DNA of 64,000 nucleotides from Myxococcota bacterium (GCA_965250285.1 OZ252299.1:1312001-1376000), one strand, 5' to 3'. Shown: positions 1 to 14,053, counted from the first letter of the stretch. Translations and numbers: made by a program. The notes: generated by a model from the sequence alone, not told the origin.

Positions 1-48
1 CTCATCGGGTCGAATCCTCACTCGGTGTCGACGTCGAGTCGGTGCGGT

Positions 49-618
49 CTACTCGCCCTTCGGAAAGTTGAAGAGCGGAAAGACCGGCAGGAAACCGTTC
101 TGGGCGATGTTGAGGAAGCCGATCTGCACGTTCTCGATGTGCTCGGTCATGTTCAGGAACCCGATCTGGGTGCCCGAGCGTTCAGAGACGACGACCCCGG
201 AGAGGTCGAATGCGCTCGTGCCCTGGATCGCATTGACGAAGGCGATGTTCGCGCCCTGGGGTGCGTCGTTGACGACGTTGATGAAGCCGAGGGTGGCGCC
301 GCTCGCTTGGCCCTGAACGAGGTTGGCGAACGAGCAGAGGCAGCCGTTCGAATCGCCCTCGACGTACGCCATCGCGAACCACGGGCCGGCGCCCGTGAAG
401 TCGCGGCTGCGCGCGAGAAGCGCGCCTGCGAGATCGAAGCCGCTCATGCGCTCGCTGTCGCCGTAGAGCAGCGAGAAACGAAACCCGTCGACATTCGGGT
501 CAGCCGGCGCACGCAGCCCGGCGAACTGGATCTGGGCACCGGCGTCGCCCAGCGCGGGCGCGGCCCACAGAGTGCCCGTCAGCAGACTGATCGACCAGAA
601 CGCGGCGGCTCGCTTCAA
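49..618 (-). CDS. Secreted protein with short QIGFxN-type repeats (LA_2272/VC2662-like surface repeat protein)
   Basis: Signal peptide; repeats TLGFINVVN, NIAFVNAI, QIGFLNMTE, QIGFLNIAQ; aromatic C-terminus FLPVFPLFNF. Confidence 0.6.
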   Translation of the reverse strand: MKRAAAFWSISLLTGTLWAAPALGDAGAQIQFAGLRAPADPNVDGFRFSLLYGDSERMSGFDLAGALLARSRDFTGAGPWFAMAYVEGDSNGCLCSFANLVQGQASGATLGFINVVNDAPQGANIAFVNAIQGTSAFDLSGVVVSERSGTQIGFLNMTEHIENVQIGFLNIAQNGFLPVFPLFNFPKGE

Positions 619-705
619 GGCGTGTCTCCTTCAGGCATGGGGCGGGCTCGGCAAGACGCATAGCGCACGGTGAATCCGCCGACGGCCCCCACGCCCCCGA
701 ACGCC

Positions 706-1422
706 TCAGCCGAAGAAGATCGAGAAGTCGTCGCGAAGGATCATCCAGATCGCGAGCGCGCCCGTCCAGAGCGGAAACACCGTCCAGACGAGGTTCGAGA
801 GCCCGATGAAGACGAACAGGTCGAACACGCGATGCCCCTCGTACCGGCGGTTGATGATGAAGCTCGTGAAGTAGAGCGCGGTGCCGTAGAACATCTGCCA
901 GCTGAAGATCACGATGACGATCCCGAGCCACTGCGCCGGAACCCACTCGAAGACGATCGCGATCGGGACCAGCAGCGAGGGCAGCAGCGTCGTGTAACCG
1001 TTGCCGATGTCGATGGCGAAGCCGAACGAGCGCTTGTCGGCGTAGGCCGGGTCGATGACGGCGTAGGCGGCCCACACGCTCGACCACGGGGCAAGCGTGA
1101 AGATCTCGCGCGTCTCGATGCGCCGCGCGAAGAACGAGAAGATGTGTTTCAGCTCGTGACCGCGGGCCGCTTCGCGAGCCGCTTCGTACTCGGCGCGAAT
1201 CGCGTCGGCGTGGCGATGCAGCGCGAGCTCCCAGAAGGCGATCAACGCATTCACGGCAAAGAAGAAGGCGGTCCCGACGAAGTGCACGCTCGGGCTTCGC
1301 CCGGCGAGCCCGGCCAGGGCGAGTGGGATCAGCGTGCCGGTCACGACCAGCAGGGCCACGATCGACCAGATGGGCCAGCTGCGGGCCTGCACCGATGCGG
1401 CGGGGAGGGTGGCTTCCGTCAT
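706..1422 (-). CDS. Multi-pass membrane protein, EXPERA/emopamil-binding-protein-like
   Basis: ATG at 1422 (MTEATLPAA) with GAAGGAG upstream; several TM helices; WAAYAVIDPAY resembles the EBP W-x2-Y-x3-D-x2-Y motif. Confidence 0.55.
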   Translation of the reverse strand: MTEATLPAASVQARSWPIWSIVALLVVTGTLIPLALAGLAGRSPSVHFVGTAFFFAVNALIAFWELALHRHADAIRAEYEAAREAARGHELKHIFSFFARRIETREIFTLAPWSSVWAAYAVIDPAYADKRSFGFAIDIGNGYTTLLPSLLVPIAIVFEWVPAQWLGIVIVIFSWQMFYGTALYFTSFIINRRYEGHRVFDLFVFIGLSNLVWTVFPLWTGALAIWMILRDDFSIFFG

Positions 1423-1840
1423 GCGGCAGCTCCTTCGAATGCGGAGACGCGATCGGCGGCCCCGCGCCGATTCTGCCGTGCCTCGACGCCTTCGGCTCTT
1501 CGGGTCGGCCCGGGGGCCGGGCGACCGCCCGACGCGGATGCCTCCCGCGGTCCGATCGCCTGATCGGCCGCGCCGGCTGCGCATCCGGCCCGTGGGGGCT
1601 ATGCTGCGCAGCTCGCGACGAGGCCCGAATGGGGGCCGAGGTCCCCGGCGGGACCAGCCCCGTCCCCGATGCCTCCGGCATCCGAGATCACCTCGTCGCC
1701 CAGCTGCGAACACCCGCGAACCACCGCGACGTCGTGGGCGCCGGCGCGCCCGATCCGCCGAGTGCGGGCTCTGGCGTCGCGACCAACGACATCGACGTTC
1801 ACCGCGCCCGTCGCGTGAATAGAAAGACGAGACTGCCGCC

Positions 1841-3208
1841 ATGGCCACCGACCAAGCACTGGATTTCGACCTCGACGGGGTCACGATCGACACCGAAGAG
1901 ACCAGCCCCGTCGTGCGCACCCTCGAGGTCACCGTCGACGCGGCCCGCGTCGACCGCGCCTTCGCCCGCGTCTACGACGAGCTGAAGAAGACGGCGCGCA
2001 TCAAGGGCTTCCGCCCCGGCAAGGTGCCCCGGCCCGTGCTCGAGCGGATGTACGGCGCCACCGTGCCCGACGAGATCGAGCGCGTGCTGGTGAGCGAGAC
2101 GCTGGCCGGTGCGATTCAGCAGGCCGATGTGGCGCCGCTCAGCGAGCCGTCGGTCGACGCCGGCACCCCCGAGCCCGGGACCGTCTTCAGCTACAAGGCG
2201 CGGGTCGAGGTGAAGCCCGAGGTCGAGCTGCCCGACTTGACCGCGATCACGGCCGAGCGCCCGATCGTGTCGGTCGGAGACGACGAGATCCAGGCCGAGA
2301 TCGAACGCATTCGCGATCAGCTCGCGCCGCTGGTCGAGGCCGAAGAGGGCACGGCCCTCGAAGACGGACACACCGCGGTCATCGATTTCGTCGGGCGGGT
2401 GGATGGTGAGGCGTTCGAGGGCGGCACGGGGGACGGCGTCGAGCTCGAGATCGGCTCGGGACGATTCATCCCGGGCTTCGAAGAGCAGCTGGTCGGTCAC
2501 GCGAGCGGCGACGACGTCGAGGTCAACGTGACCTTCCCCGAGGATTACGGTCACGACGAACTCGCCGGCAAGGACGCCGTGTTCTCGACGACGATCCAGG
2601 CGGTGAAGCACAAGCAGCCCGCTGAGCTCGATGACGAGTTCGCCAAGGACGTCGGCGAATTCGACACGCTCGCCGAGCTCGAGCAGCGCATCCGCGATGA
2701 TCTGACGAAGCAGCGCGAAGAGGCCTCGACCGAGGCGCTCAACCGGTCGCTGATGGATGCGATCCTCGATCAGGTCGACTTCGAGGTGCCGCCCGGCGTG
2801 GTCGAGCGACAGCTGCGCAACCACATGGAGCAGACGCACCGGCAGTTCCAGGGGCGCGTGCCCGACGAGGTGCTCCGCGATCAGCTGATGCGCCTGCAGG
2901 AAGACGGGCGCCCCCAGGCCGAGCGGCGGGTCCGCGAAGCGTTCGTGCTCGAGGCGGTCGCGCGCGAGAACGACGTGGAGGTCGAGGACGCGGCGCTCGA
3001 CGAGCGCCTGGGCGAGCTCGCCGAGGCGCAGGGTGTCACGGTCGACAAGTTCAAGCAGACGGCCGAAGAGCAGGGCTGGATCCAAGCGATCCGAGAGCAG
3101 CTCCTCGACCAGGCCGTGTTCGGCTACCTGGCCGGGCAGGCCACGGTGAACGATGTTCAGCCGACGCCCGAGACGTCGGGGGTGGCCGACGACGGCAGCG
3201 AGGCCTGA
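1841..3208 (+). CDS. tig: Trigger factor
   Basis: GFRPGKVP ribosome-binding signature; FKBP domain (FIPGFEEQLVG, VTFPEDY); lies upstream of clpP. Confidence 0.97.
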   Translation: MATDQALDFDLDGVTIDTEETSPVVRTLEVTVDAARVDRAFARVYDELKKTARIKGFRPGKVPRPVLERMYGATVPDEIERVLVSETLAGAIQQADVAPLSEPSVDAGTPEPGTVFSYKARVEVKPEVELPDLTAITAERPIVSVGDDEIQAEIERIRDQLAPLVEAEEGTALEDGHTAVIDFVGRVDGEAFEGGTGDGVELEIGSGRFIPGFEEQLVGHASGDDVEVNVTFPEDYGHDELAGKDAVFSTTIQAVKHKQPAELDDEFAKDVGEFDTLAELEQRIRDDLTKQREEASTEALNRSLMDAILDQVDFEVPPGVVERQLRNHMEQTHRQFQGRVPDEVLRDQLMRLQEDGRPQAERRVREAFVLEAVARENDVEVEDAALDERLGELAEAQGVTVDKFKQTAEEQGWIQAIREQLLDQAVFGYLAGQATVNDVQPTPETSGVADDGSEA

Positions 3209-3509
3209 CGCGCGCCGGCGAAGGCCGCCGATCGGGTCGCGGCGCTCGGTCGGTCGCCCGCGTCCCGATCGCGCGGATGCGTGTGCCAGGGTCGGCGTGC
3301 ACGGGCGCGCCGGCGTCCAGATTCGGGGCTTCGGGGCGCGAAGAACCGGGGCCGAATTCGGCCGGTCGGGACGTGACTTCCGCGTCAGTGAATGCGCACG
3401 AGTTGCGCGCGCTGAGGCCCCGTTCAGCGCCGTCTCCCGAAGCGATCGCGCGTTCGAACCCCTCGACTTTGCGACCCGAAGCGGTGGGTCGATCCTCTCG
3501 GGGCGAAGC

Positions 3510-3538
3510 TTGCCAATACGCGCGGCCTGACGAAGAAT
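3510..3538 (+). promoter_or_regulatory. Putative sigma70-type promoter for clpP-clpX
   Basis: TTGCCA-N17-AAGAAT in the tig-clpP spacer. Confidence 0.35.
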
Positions 3539-3723
3539 AGGCTTTGGATGAGGCGTCCAGGGGGGGATGCTCCTGTCGCTGTCGCCGCCCATCGATCGAC
3601 GTCCGGTCGGTGGAGACCACGCGCGTGGTCGTGCGGTCGGACGGGGTCGCCATGCGGCCGTCGACGTGTCGCGGGCTCGGAGAGCCCCCGCCCATTCGCG
3701 GCATCCAAGGAGCGAGCAATCAC

Positions 3724-4344
3724 ATGCCGGTCATTCCGTACGTCATCGAGCAGAACCAGCGCGGCGAGCGCGTGTTCGACATCTACTCGCGCCTGCTGCG
3801 CGACCGCGTGATCTTTCTGGGCACCGAGGTGAACGACGACGTGGCGAACGTCATCGTCGCCCAGCTGCTCTTCCTCGAGGCCGAGGATCCCGACCAGGAG
3901 ATCCACCTCTACATCAACTCGCCGGGCGGCTCGATTACGGCCGGGCTGGCGATCCTCGACACGATGAACTTCGTGCGACCCCAGATCTCGACCACCTGCA
4001 TCGGAATGGCGGCGTCGATGGCGGCCTGGCTGCTCGCGGCCGGTGCCCCGGGCAAGCGCAATGCGCTCACCAATTCGCGCGTGATGATCCACCAGCCGAT
4101 GGGAGGTGCTCGAGGTCAGGCCTCGGACATCGACATCCAGGCGCAGGAGATCTTGAAGATGCGCGAGCGGATGAACGAGATCCTCTCGCAGCTGACGGGG
4201 AAGCCCCTCGATCAGATCGCGGCCGATACCGAGCGCGATTACTATATGTCGGCCGACGAGGCGCGGGATTATGGCCTCATCGACGTCGTGACCGGTGAGC
4301 GCCCCGGCGCTTCCGGAGGCGAGCGCAAGGACAAGGCGGCTTGA
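3724..4344 (+). CDS. clpP: ATP-dependent Clp protease proteolytic subunit
   Basis: [10 protein letters not shown] start after [28 protein letters not shown] (Ser), MIHQP (His). Confidence 0.97.
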   Translation: MPVIPYVIEQNQRGERVFDIYSRLLRDRVIFLGTEVNDDVANVIVAQLLFLEAEDPDQEIHLYINSPGGSITAGLAILDTMNFVRPQISTTCIGMAASMAAWLLAAGAPGKRNALTNSRVMIHQPMGGARGQASDIDIQAQEILKMRERMNEILSQLTGKPLDQIAADTERDYYMSADEARDYGLIDVVTGERPGASGGERKDKAA

Positions 4345-4450
4345 GCGAAGCGGTCGGCCGCGAGCGATTCGACGTAGCCCGAGAGCCCGGGCTGCGGGGG
4401 TGCAGACCACACGGCCCGAGCGACCGGGTCAGGCGGGAGAGCGAAGCGTC

Positions 4451-5698
<1,248 letters not shown>

Positions 5699-5775
5699 CA
5701 CAGCCTGCCTGCTCCCGTAACACCGGAGCGCCCCAGGCATCGTAGTCGGACCACCTCGGACCAAATGGGGGATCC

Positions 5776-8274
<2,499 letters not shown>

Positions 8275-8493
8275 ACCCGAACGGCGTCGCGCCTGCGTGA
8301 CCCTGGCGGCCGGTGCCCTGAGTGGTGCCGGCCGCTCGCATTTCAGGCGAGGCCACCCCACCCCCCATGCCTTCGTGCCGCGAACAACATCACCGCGAAC
8401 CACATCACAGAGGCGGCCAGCGCCGCTATCCTCCGCCGTCCTTGGCAGGGGCGCGCCGACCGAGCGCGCGTGAGGCCAGACGCCTTACCCTGG

Positions 8494-8570
8494 GGACGTG
8501 TAGCTCAGCTGGTTAGAGCATCTCGTTTACACCGAGAGGGTCCGCGGTTCGAATCCGTGCACGTCCACCA
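8494..8570 (+). tRNA. tRNA-Val (anticodon TAC)
   Basis: GGACGTG/CACGTCC acceptor stem; TCTCG-TTTACAC-CGAGA anticodon arm; TTCGAAT T-loop; encoded CCA. Confidence 0.97.
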
Positions 8571-8689
8571 GGGTCGCCTGCACGCCGACTTCACCGAGAC
8601 TTGAAACGCTCTCCGTCACTCGGGCTCCGCCCTCGGCCCGCTGTGTGATAGGGTCGAATTCTTGTGCGATCGACCAGAGGGGGCGGGGC

Positions 8690-10036
8690 GTGCGCTGGAT
8701 CCGAACGGGGGGGCTGATCTGCGGGCTGCTGGGCGCCGCGGCCCCCGCACTCGCCGCCTCGGTCCAGGAGACGTTCACGTTCGAATCGACGATTACATCG
8801 ACGTTCGTCGGACCGATCGAGCTGAGAGCCGAGCTCAACTACGACGACGCGCGCGCGAACGCTCCGATCGCCGTCGTCATGGCGGGCTTCTCGCCGACCA
8901 ACGGCAACCTGAGCGCCGTGCGCCCCCATGCTCAGCGACTGCGCGATGACGGCTTCTTCTCGGTCACGGTCGCCATGCGAGGCCGCGATGGGTCGGAGGG
9001 CGTGCGCGACTCGGGCGGGCTCGAGATCCACGACATCTGGGACGCCGTCGAGTCGGTCAAGCAGGCGTACGCCGGCCTCGTCGACCCGACGAACGTCCAC
9101 ATCACGGGCTATTCGGGCGGGGGCGGCAACGCGATGTCGGCCGTCGTGCGGCTGCCCGACTACTTTCGGGTCGCATCCTCGTACTTCGGCATGTCGGACT
9201 ACGGCCTCGATCCCATCGAGGGCTGGTACAACAATGGCGCCGCGGGCCGCACGAGCATCCTCGACCGCGACATCGGCAATCCGAACCTCGGTGACCCCGA
9301 CGTGCTCGACCGGTATCGAGCGCGCGCTTCGAACCTGGCGGCGGCGAACGCCAGCGCAGCCGAGATCCATCTCTTCGTGAACGACAACGAGACGATCTGC
9401 CCGCTCGTGAATCACGCGCGCTTCGCGCAGAATGGCGGACCGAACGTGACCCACCATGTCGGCATCTCGGCGGCGCCGACGTTCGAAGACTTCAACGGCA
9501 ATGGCGTCGAAGACCCGGGCGAACGGCAGTCATGGCCGCACGGGTTCCCGTCGGCCAATCAGCAGGACGCGGCGGAGCAGTGGTACCGCGATCGGCTGCT
9601 GGCGGGCGAGATCCCGCAGCCCCAGATCGCGCCGAGCGGGCTCTTCGTCGTCCCTGGCTTCCTCAAGACCCGGCACTTCGAGGTCTATGCGGGCGATGGT
9701 CAGGACGCGGCCGGCACCGTGAACTACGCGCTCGCGGATGATGGCGCCCAGTTCAGCCTCAGCCGGACGACGAGCAACGCCGCCGCGCGCTTCGCCGTCG
9801 TCGTACTGAGTGACTTCATCGAGCCCGCAGGCGCTCAAGTCGTCGCACGCCTGAACGGGGAGTGGGTCGACACGTTCGAGGCCGGCACACGCCGGGTGTT
9901 CTTCGATCTCGATGACGGCGACGTGCTCGAGCTGGAGCGCTTCGCAGAGCCCGTCGGGCCGGCCATGGCGCCGGGGCTCCTGCTGCTGCTGCACGCTGGG
10001 CCGATCGGCTGGCTGGCGTGGCGCCGACTTCGATGA
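8690..10036 (+). CDS. Secreted alpha/beta-hydrolase (S9/esterase-like) with C-terminal sorting-like tail
   Basis: Signal peptide ending ALA; GYSGGG nucleophile elbow; DFNGNGVED Ca-binding-like loop; tail PVGPAM + hydrophobic helix + WRRLR; GTG start chosen by eye. Confidence 0.7.
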   Translation: MRWIRTGGLICGLLGAAAPALAASVQETFTFESTITSTFVGPIELRAELNYDDARANAPIAVVMAGFSPTNGNLSAVRPHAQRLRDDGFFSVTVAMRGRDGSEGVRDSGGLEIHDIWDAVESVKQAYAGLVDPTNVHITGYSGGGGNAMSAVVRLPDYFRVASSYFGMSDYGLDPIEGWYNNGAAGRTSILDRDIGNPNLGDPDVLDRYRARASNLAAANASAAEIHLFVNDNETICPLVNHARFAQNGGPNVTHHVGISAAPTFEDFNGNGVEDPGERQSWPHGFPSANQQDAAEQWYRDRLLAGEIPQPQIAPSGLFVVPGFLKTRHFEVYAGDGQDAAGTVNYALADDGAQFSLSRTTSNAAARFAVVVLSDFIEPAGAQVVARLNGEWVDTFEAGTRRVFFDLDDGDVLELERFAEPVGPAMAPGLLLLLHAGPIGWLAWRRLR

Positions 10037-10051
10037 GCATCCGATGAGAAG

Positions 10052-10081
10052 AGGGCGGGGAGCCGGTTGGCCCCCCGCCCT
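10052..10081. terminator. GC-rich hairpin between convergent genes
   Basis: AGGGCGGGG...CCCCGCCCT stem; no U-tract. Confidence 0.4.
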
Positions 10082-10135
10082 GATCTCACTCGGCGCCTCG
10101 CGTCGCAACGCGCGGCGCTCGACGCCTACGCGCGC

Positions 10136-12706
10136 TCAGCGCCTGCGCACCCGGTGCAGGCCCACGAGCAGGCCGAGACCCGACACGAACCCGAGCCAGA
10201 TCGAGGGCTCGGGGGCGGCGAGCGCGAACCCGTTCAGGATCGGTCGCACCGCCGGGGCCGGCAGGTCGGGGTTGGCGATGCGGATCACCACCGGGTCGAG
10301 GCCGTTCGACTCGAAGACGACCGAGGCGAAGCTCAGGCCGGCCGGGTCGGGGGTCGTGCTGTGGTCGAACACGACCGGGCCGACGCCGAAGGTGAGGCCG
10401 CCATCCTCGCTGACCGTCAGATCGGCTTCGCCCTGATCCACGTCGCTGTCGTGGAACACGCCGCTGAACACGTAGCTACCCGGCTCGAGGCCATCGAGCG
10501 TGATGTCCAGGTTCGGCTCGAGCGAGAAGATGAAGTCTCGCGCGAGCGGGCTGCCCGTCTGGCCGGGGGCGAGGGCACCGCGGTCGCGACCGTCGAGGGC
10601 CGCTCCGGGGGTGATGCCATCGCTCGAACTGACGGAGAGCCGGGCCGCGCCGAGATCGACCTCGCTGCCGTCGGCGACGGTGGCGAGGTCGACGGCGAGG
10701 AAGCCTGGCTGGACAGGCGAGAAGCCCTTGTCGAGATCGAAGAAGTCGACGTGGACCGCGTCGTTGTCCGCGTCGAACAGGACGAGATCGAACCCGTTCA
10801 GCACCGGCCGCACGCTCGGTGCCGGGAGGTCCGGGTTCGAGACGCGCAGCACGACGTCGCTCGTCCCGTCGGTTTCGAACACGAACGTCTCGGTGGTGAT
10901 GGCGGGCGGGTTCGTCGTCGTCGAGTTCGTGACCGTGACCGGTCCGACCGCGAAGGTCGCTCCGCCATCGAGGCTCAGCAGCAGGTCGGAGTCGCCCTGA
11001 TCCGCCGTGTTGTCGTGGAAGTAGCCGGTCAGCGTGTAGCGGCCGGCGGACAAGCCACCGAGGGTCAAGTCGAGGTTCTCACCGAACGCAAAGGCGAAGT
11101 CGCGCGCGAGATCCGACAGCGGCTGGCTCGGGTCGAGGGCGCCACGATCGCGACCGTCGGTCCCCGTGCTGCCCACCTCGGTGCCCGTGCTCTCGAGCGC
11201 CACCGCGAACCCGTTCACGACGACTGGCGTGCCATCCGATGCATCCTCTTCGGTCACGCCGGTGTAGCCCTCCTGCACGGGGCCGGGCGGATGGTTCGCC
11301 GACGAGAAGTCGACGTGCGCAGACCGGATCGGCGCGGCCTCGCGCAGGTCGAAGCCGTTCAGGATCGGCCGCACTGCCGGCGTCGGCAGGTCGGAGTTCG
11401 AGATGCGGACGACGACCGCGGCACTGCCATCGGTCACGAAGCGCGTGCGCAGGGTCTCGATTCGTTCGGGGTCGGTCGTCGTGCTGTGGCTCGTCGGCTC
11501 CGGCCCGTAGTCGAAGGTGACGCCTCCATCCGTACTCAGGCTGATCGTCGCCACGCCCTGGTCGACCGTGTTGTCGTGGAAGTAGCCCGTCCACTCGTAG
11601 AAGCCGGGCTCGAGGCCATCGAGCGTCAGCACCAGATCCTCGCCCCACGCGAATGCGAAGTCGCGCGCGAGGTCGGAGAGTGCCTGGGTGCCGGCGAGGG
11701 CGCCGCGGTCGCGGCCATTGATACCCGTGTCGTCGGTCTCGACACCAGCGCTCGCCAGTGAGATGTCGACACCATTCACGTTCACGGGGGTGCCATCGGA
11801 GGCATCGGTGCCGTCGACGCCGGTGTAGCCGGCCTGGACGGGCGCGGGGCCCTGATTCGACGAGATGTCGACGAAGAGCTCGCTCGGACCGGGGGCGGCC
11901 GGTGCTTCGAAGTCCCACGTCGTATCGACCGCGGAGGGGCCGCTTGTCGTCAACGCGACCTGGTCGACGTAGCCGATCTGGTCGAGGTTGGCCGTGCCCA
12001 CGCCGACGCCGATCTCGACGAGAAACGCATTGAGGAAGGACGGATCGAGGATCGCGCGCCAGTCCGCGAGCGTCCGCAGCGGCGGTCCCCCGCCGCTACC
12101 GGGCTCGCCGAAGCCGCCCGTCGACCAGAAGAGGCCCGACGACTCGGTGATGTTCACCGTGGTCCAGGCGCCGGTCGGCGGATTCGTGCTCACGCCTTCG
12201 TTGCCCGGCTGATTCCACGACGGTTCGTAGACCAGCGTCGCGAAGCAGTCGCCATCGGGCGATGGGCACGGACCGACCGGGTCGAAGAAGACCAGCTTCA
12301 GAGCCGGCGCAGGGGCCGCGTCGCCGCTGGCCTCCTTGTAGTACGAGTACGAGATCACGAGATCGCCGTCGATCACATCGGCGGCGAAGCCGAAGGGCCC
12401 ACCGATCGAGATCTCGGCTCTGTCGGCGGCATCGGCGCCGGTCGTGAGCAGGGCCGCGCCGGTCGGAAGCGGTGCCCCGGACTCCAGGTCTCCGCCGAGC
12501 CCGGTCAGATCCTCGATGGATGCTTCTCCGCCGGCGAGGCTGTTGGCGTCGTACCAGACACCTGACGCCGGTGCGGCTTCCAATCCGGTCACGACCTCGG
12601 TCGCGGCCCATGCGGTCATGGGGAGGAGCCAGAGGGCTGCGGCGACAACGAGGGCTGCGCGGCTTCGAACCAGCAGGTGGGACAACTTCGGTTTCATCGA
12701 TTGCAT
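10136..12706 (-). CDS. Large PEP-CTERM surface protein with an N-terminal domain and three tandem ~185-aa repeats
   Basis: Signal peptide; repeats share GRDRGAL, LARDF, FHD and RP(I/V)LNGF; C-terminus APEPS + TM + RVRRR; start could also be 12697 or 12718. Confidence 0.85.
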   Translation of the reverse strand: MQSMKPKLSHLLVRSRAALVVAAALWLLPMTAWAATEVVTGLEAAPASGVWYDANSLAGGEASIEDLTGLGGDLESGAPLPTGAALLTTGADAADRAEISIGGPFGFAADVIDGDLVISYSYYKEASGDAAPAPALKLVFFDPVGPCPSPDGDCFATLVYEPSWNQPGNEGVSTNPPTGAWTTVNITESSGLFWSTGGFGEPGSGGGPPLRTLADWRAILDPSFLNAFLVEIGVGVGTANLDQIGYVDQVALTTSGPSAVDTTWDFEAPAAPGPSELFVDISSNQGPAPVQAGYTGVDGTDASDGTPVNVNGVDISLASAGVETDDTGINGRDRGALAGTQALSDLARDFAFAWGEDLVLTLDGLEPGFYEWTGYFHDNTVDQGVATISLSTDGGVTFDYGPEPTSHSTTTDPERIETLRTRFVTDGSAAVVVRISNSDLPTPAVRPILNGFDLREAAPIRSAHVDFSSANHPPGPVQEGYTGVTEEDASDGTPVVVNGFAVALESTGTEVGSTGTDGRDRGALDPSQPLSDLARDFAFAFGENLDLTLGGLSAGRYTLTGYFHDNTADQGDSDLLLSLDGGATFAVGPVTVTNSTTTNPPAITTETFVFETDGTSDVVLRVSNPDLPAPSVRPVLNGFDLVLFDADNDAVHVDFFDLDKGFSPVQPGFLAVDLATVADGSEVDLGAARLSVSSSDGITPGAALDGRDRGALAPGQTGSPLARDFIFSLEPNLDITLDGLEPGSYVFSGVFHDSDVDQGEADLTVSEDGGLTFGVGPVVFDHSTTPDPAGLSFASVVFESNGLDPVVIRIANPDLPAPAVRPILNGFALAAPEPSIWLGFVSGLGLLVGLHRVRRR

Positions 12707-13460
12707 GGAGGTCTCCATCGCGTATCCGACGGGCTGCAAGAGAGACCGCTCGATGGAGCATTTCTCCAACGTGCTCGATCGCTCGCACCCGGGGACACTG
12801 GGTCGCTGTGTCATGCGAGCGCAGGACGTCGGGGCGTGCCCGGGGAGGAGCGACGTCGATGACCGAGAAGCGGTTCGACAACTGGCAGTCGGCCCGCATC
12901 GAAGTCAGATCATCGTCGCTGTCGCTCGTTCCCCTGCGGCGGGCACACCCCGGCGTGTTCGTCCCTGCACCGCATTCCAACACTCGATGTATCACGACCA
13001 GCAGAGAATGTGTAAGGCAATTTCAAGCCTTACCCGAGTGTTTTGCGTATGCATCACCGAAGATGCGAAGGCAGAGAGGTGTGCGAAGGAATGGTGTCAT
13101 TCGTGCAAGCAAGTGCACGATCTGGTGTGGCGACACGCGCGCGTGTGGGATCAGCGGACCGGTCTGCGCCCCGCATATGGGAGGTGAGTGGGAACCCGGT
13201 CACCCCATTTCGGGTGGGTGTGGCATGGACCATGTTGAAACACGGTGTGTGTCCGAGACGCGACTTCGGAACGCATGCGTGGGCCGCGCGAGTCCCGCAG
13301 CGCCGACGTCGCGTGATGCGCGCGCTTGCGCTGATGATTCTGACGGAGTCGGGCTCGGGTGGGAGCGGGACGGCGGGAAGACGTGCGCGGTTGTGCGCGT
13401 GCCGAAGCCTGCGCGATCGTTCGTCGCCTCTGGATTCTCGGCGCTCGTCCGGCGCTCGGC

Positions 13461-13493
13461 CGTCTCTCGTCCGTCTCTCGTCCGTCTCTCGTC
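13461..13493. repeat. Tandem 11-bp repeat (CGTCTCTCGTC x3)
   Basis: Read directly. Confidence 0.8.
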
Positions 13494-13534
13494 GGCGAGC
13501 TCGTCGAGCCGGCGTGCTGCTGTGCCGCTGTGCG

Positions 13535-14053
13535 CTACGCGAGATCCGGCGTCGGCTGCACGTGCACGGGAATCTCGTCGGGTAGACCACCCAGCGAAAC
13601 GGCGATCTTCGAGAAGCCCATGAAGAGCGCCACGCCCGCGGTCAGCTCGATGACCTGCGCGGGTGAGAAGTGCGATTCGAGGCGTTCGCGAAGCGCGCGA
13701 TGATCGCCCGAGGGTTCGGTGATGAAGGCATCGACCCAGGCGAGCACCGCCTTGTGGCGCGCTTCGAGCCCGGCCTCTTCGTAGCCGTCGTGAATCAGGT
13801 CGACGATCGACTCCTCGAGGCCTTCGGCGCGCGCCCCTTCGAAGCGAATCGCCTTGCAGATCGGGCAGTTCACGGTGCGCGCGTTGCGCAGCCGGGCCAT
13901 CTCCTTCGTGAACTGATCGACCTCGCCGTGGCGCCAGAGCGTGCCGTAGAGGTCGGTGAACGCAGCGAGTAGGGCGGGCTGATGCGCGAGGACGCTGCCC
14001 GCGATCGGATCGTCGGTGTCGACGTCGGGCGGATCGACGCGGGGTTCGATCAT
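13535..14053 (-). CDS. Carboxymuconolactone decarboxylase/AhpD-like protein with CxxC
   Basis: KEMARLRNARTVNCPIC; HFSPAQVIELT. Confidence 0.8.
   Translation of the reverse strand: MIEPRVDPPDVDTDDPIAGSVLAHQPALLAAFTDLYGTLWRHGEVDQFTKEMARLRNARTVNCPICKAIRFEGARAEGLEESIVDLIHDGYEEAGLEARHKAVLAWVDAFITEPSGDHRALRERLESHFSPAQVIELTAGVALFMGFSKIAVSLGGLPDEIPVHVQPTPDLA

Noticed and set aside
1423..1840. tRNA-Leu often found upstream of tig
   Set aside because: No cloverleaf or T-loop motif recognisable
13185..13230. Cobalamin riboswitch-like GGGAACCCGGT
   Set aside because: No B12 box or other conserved elements, and no downstream gene on that strand
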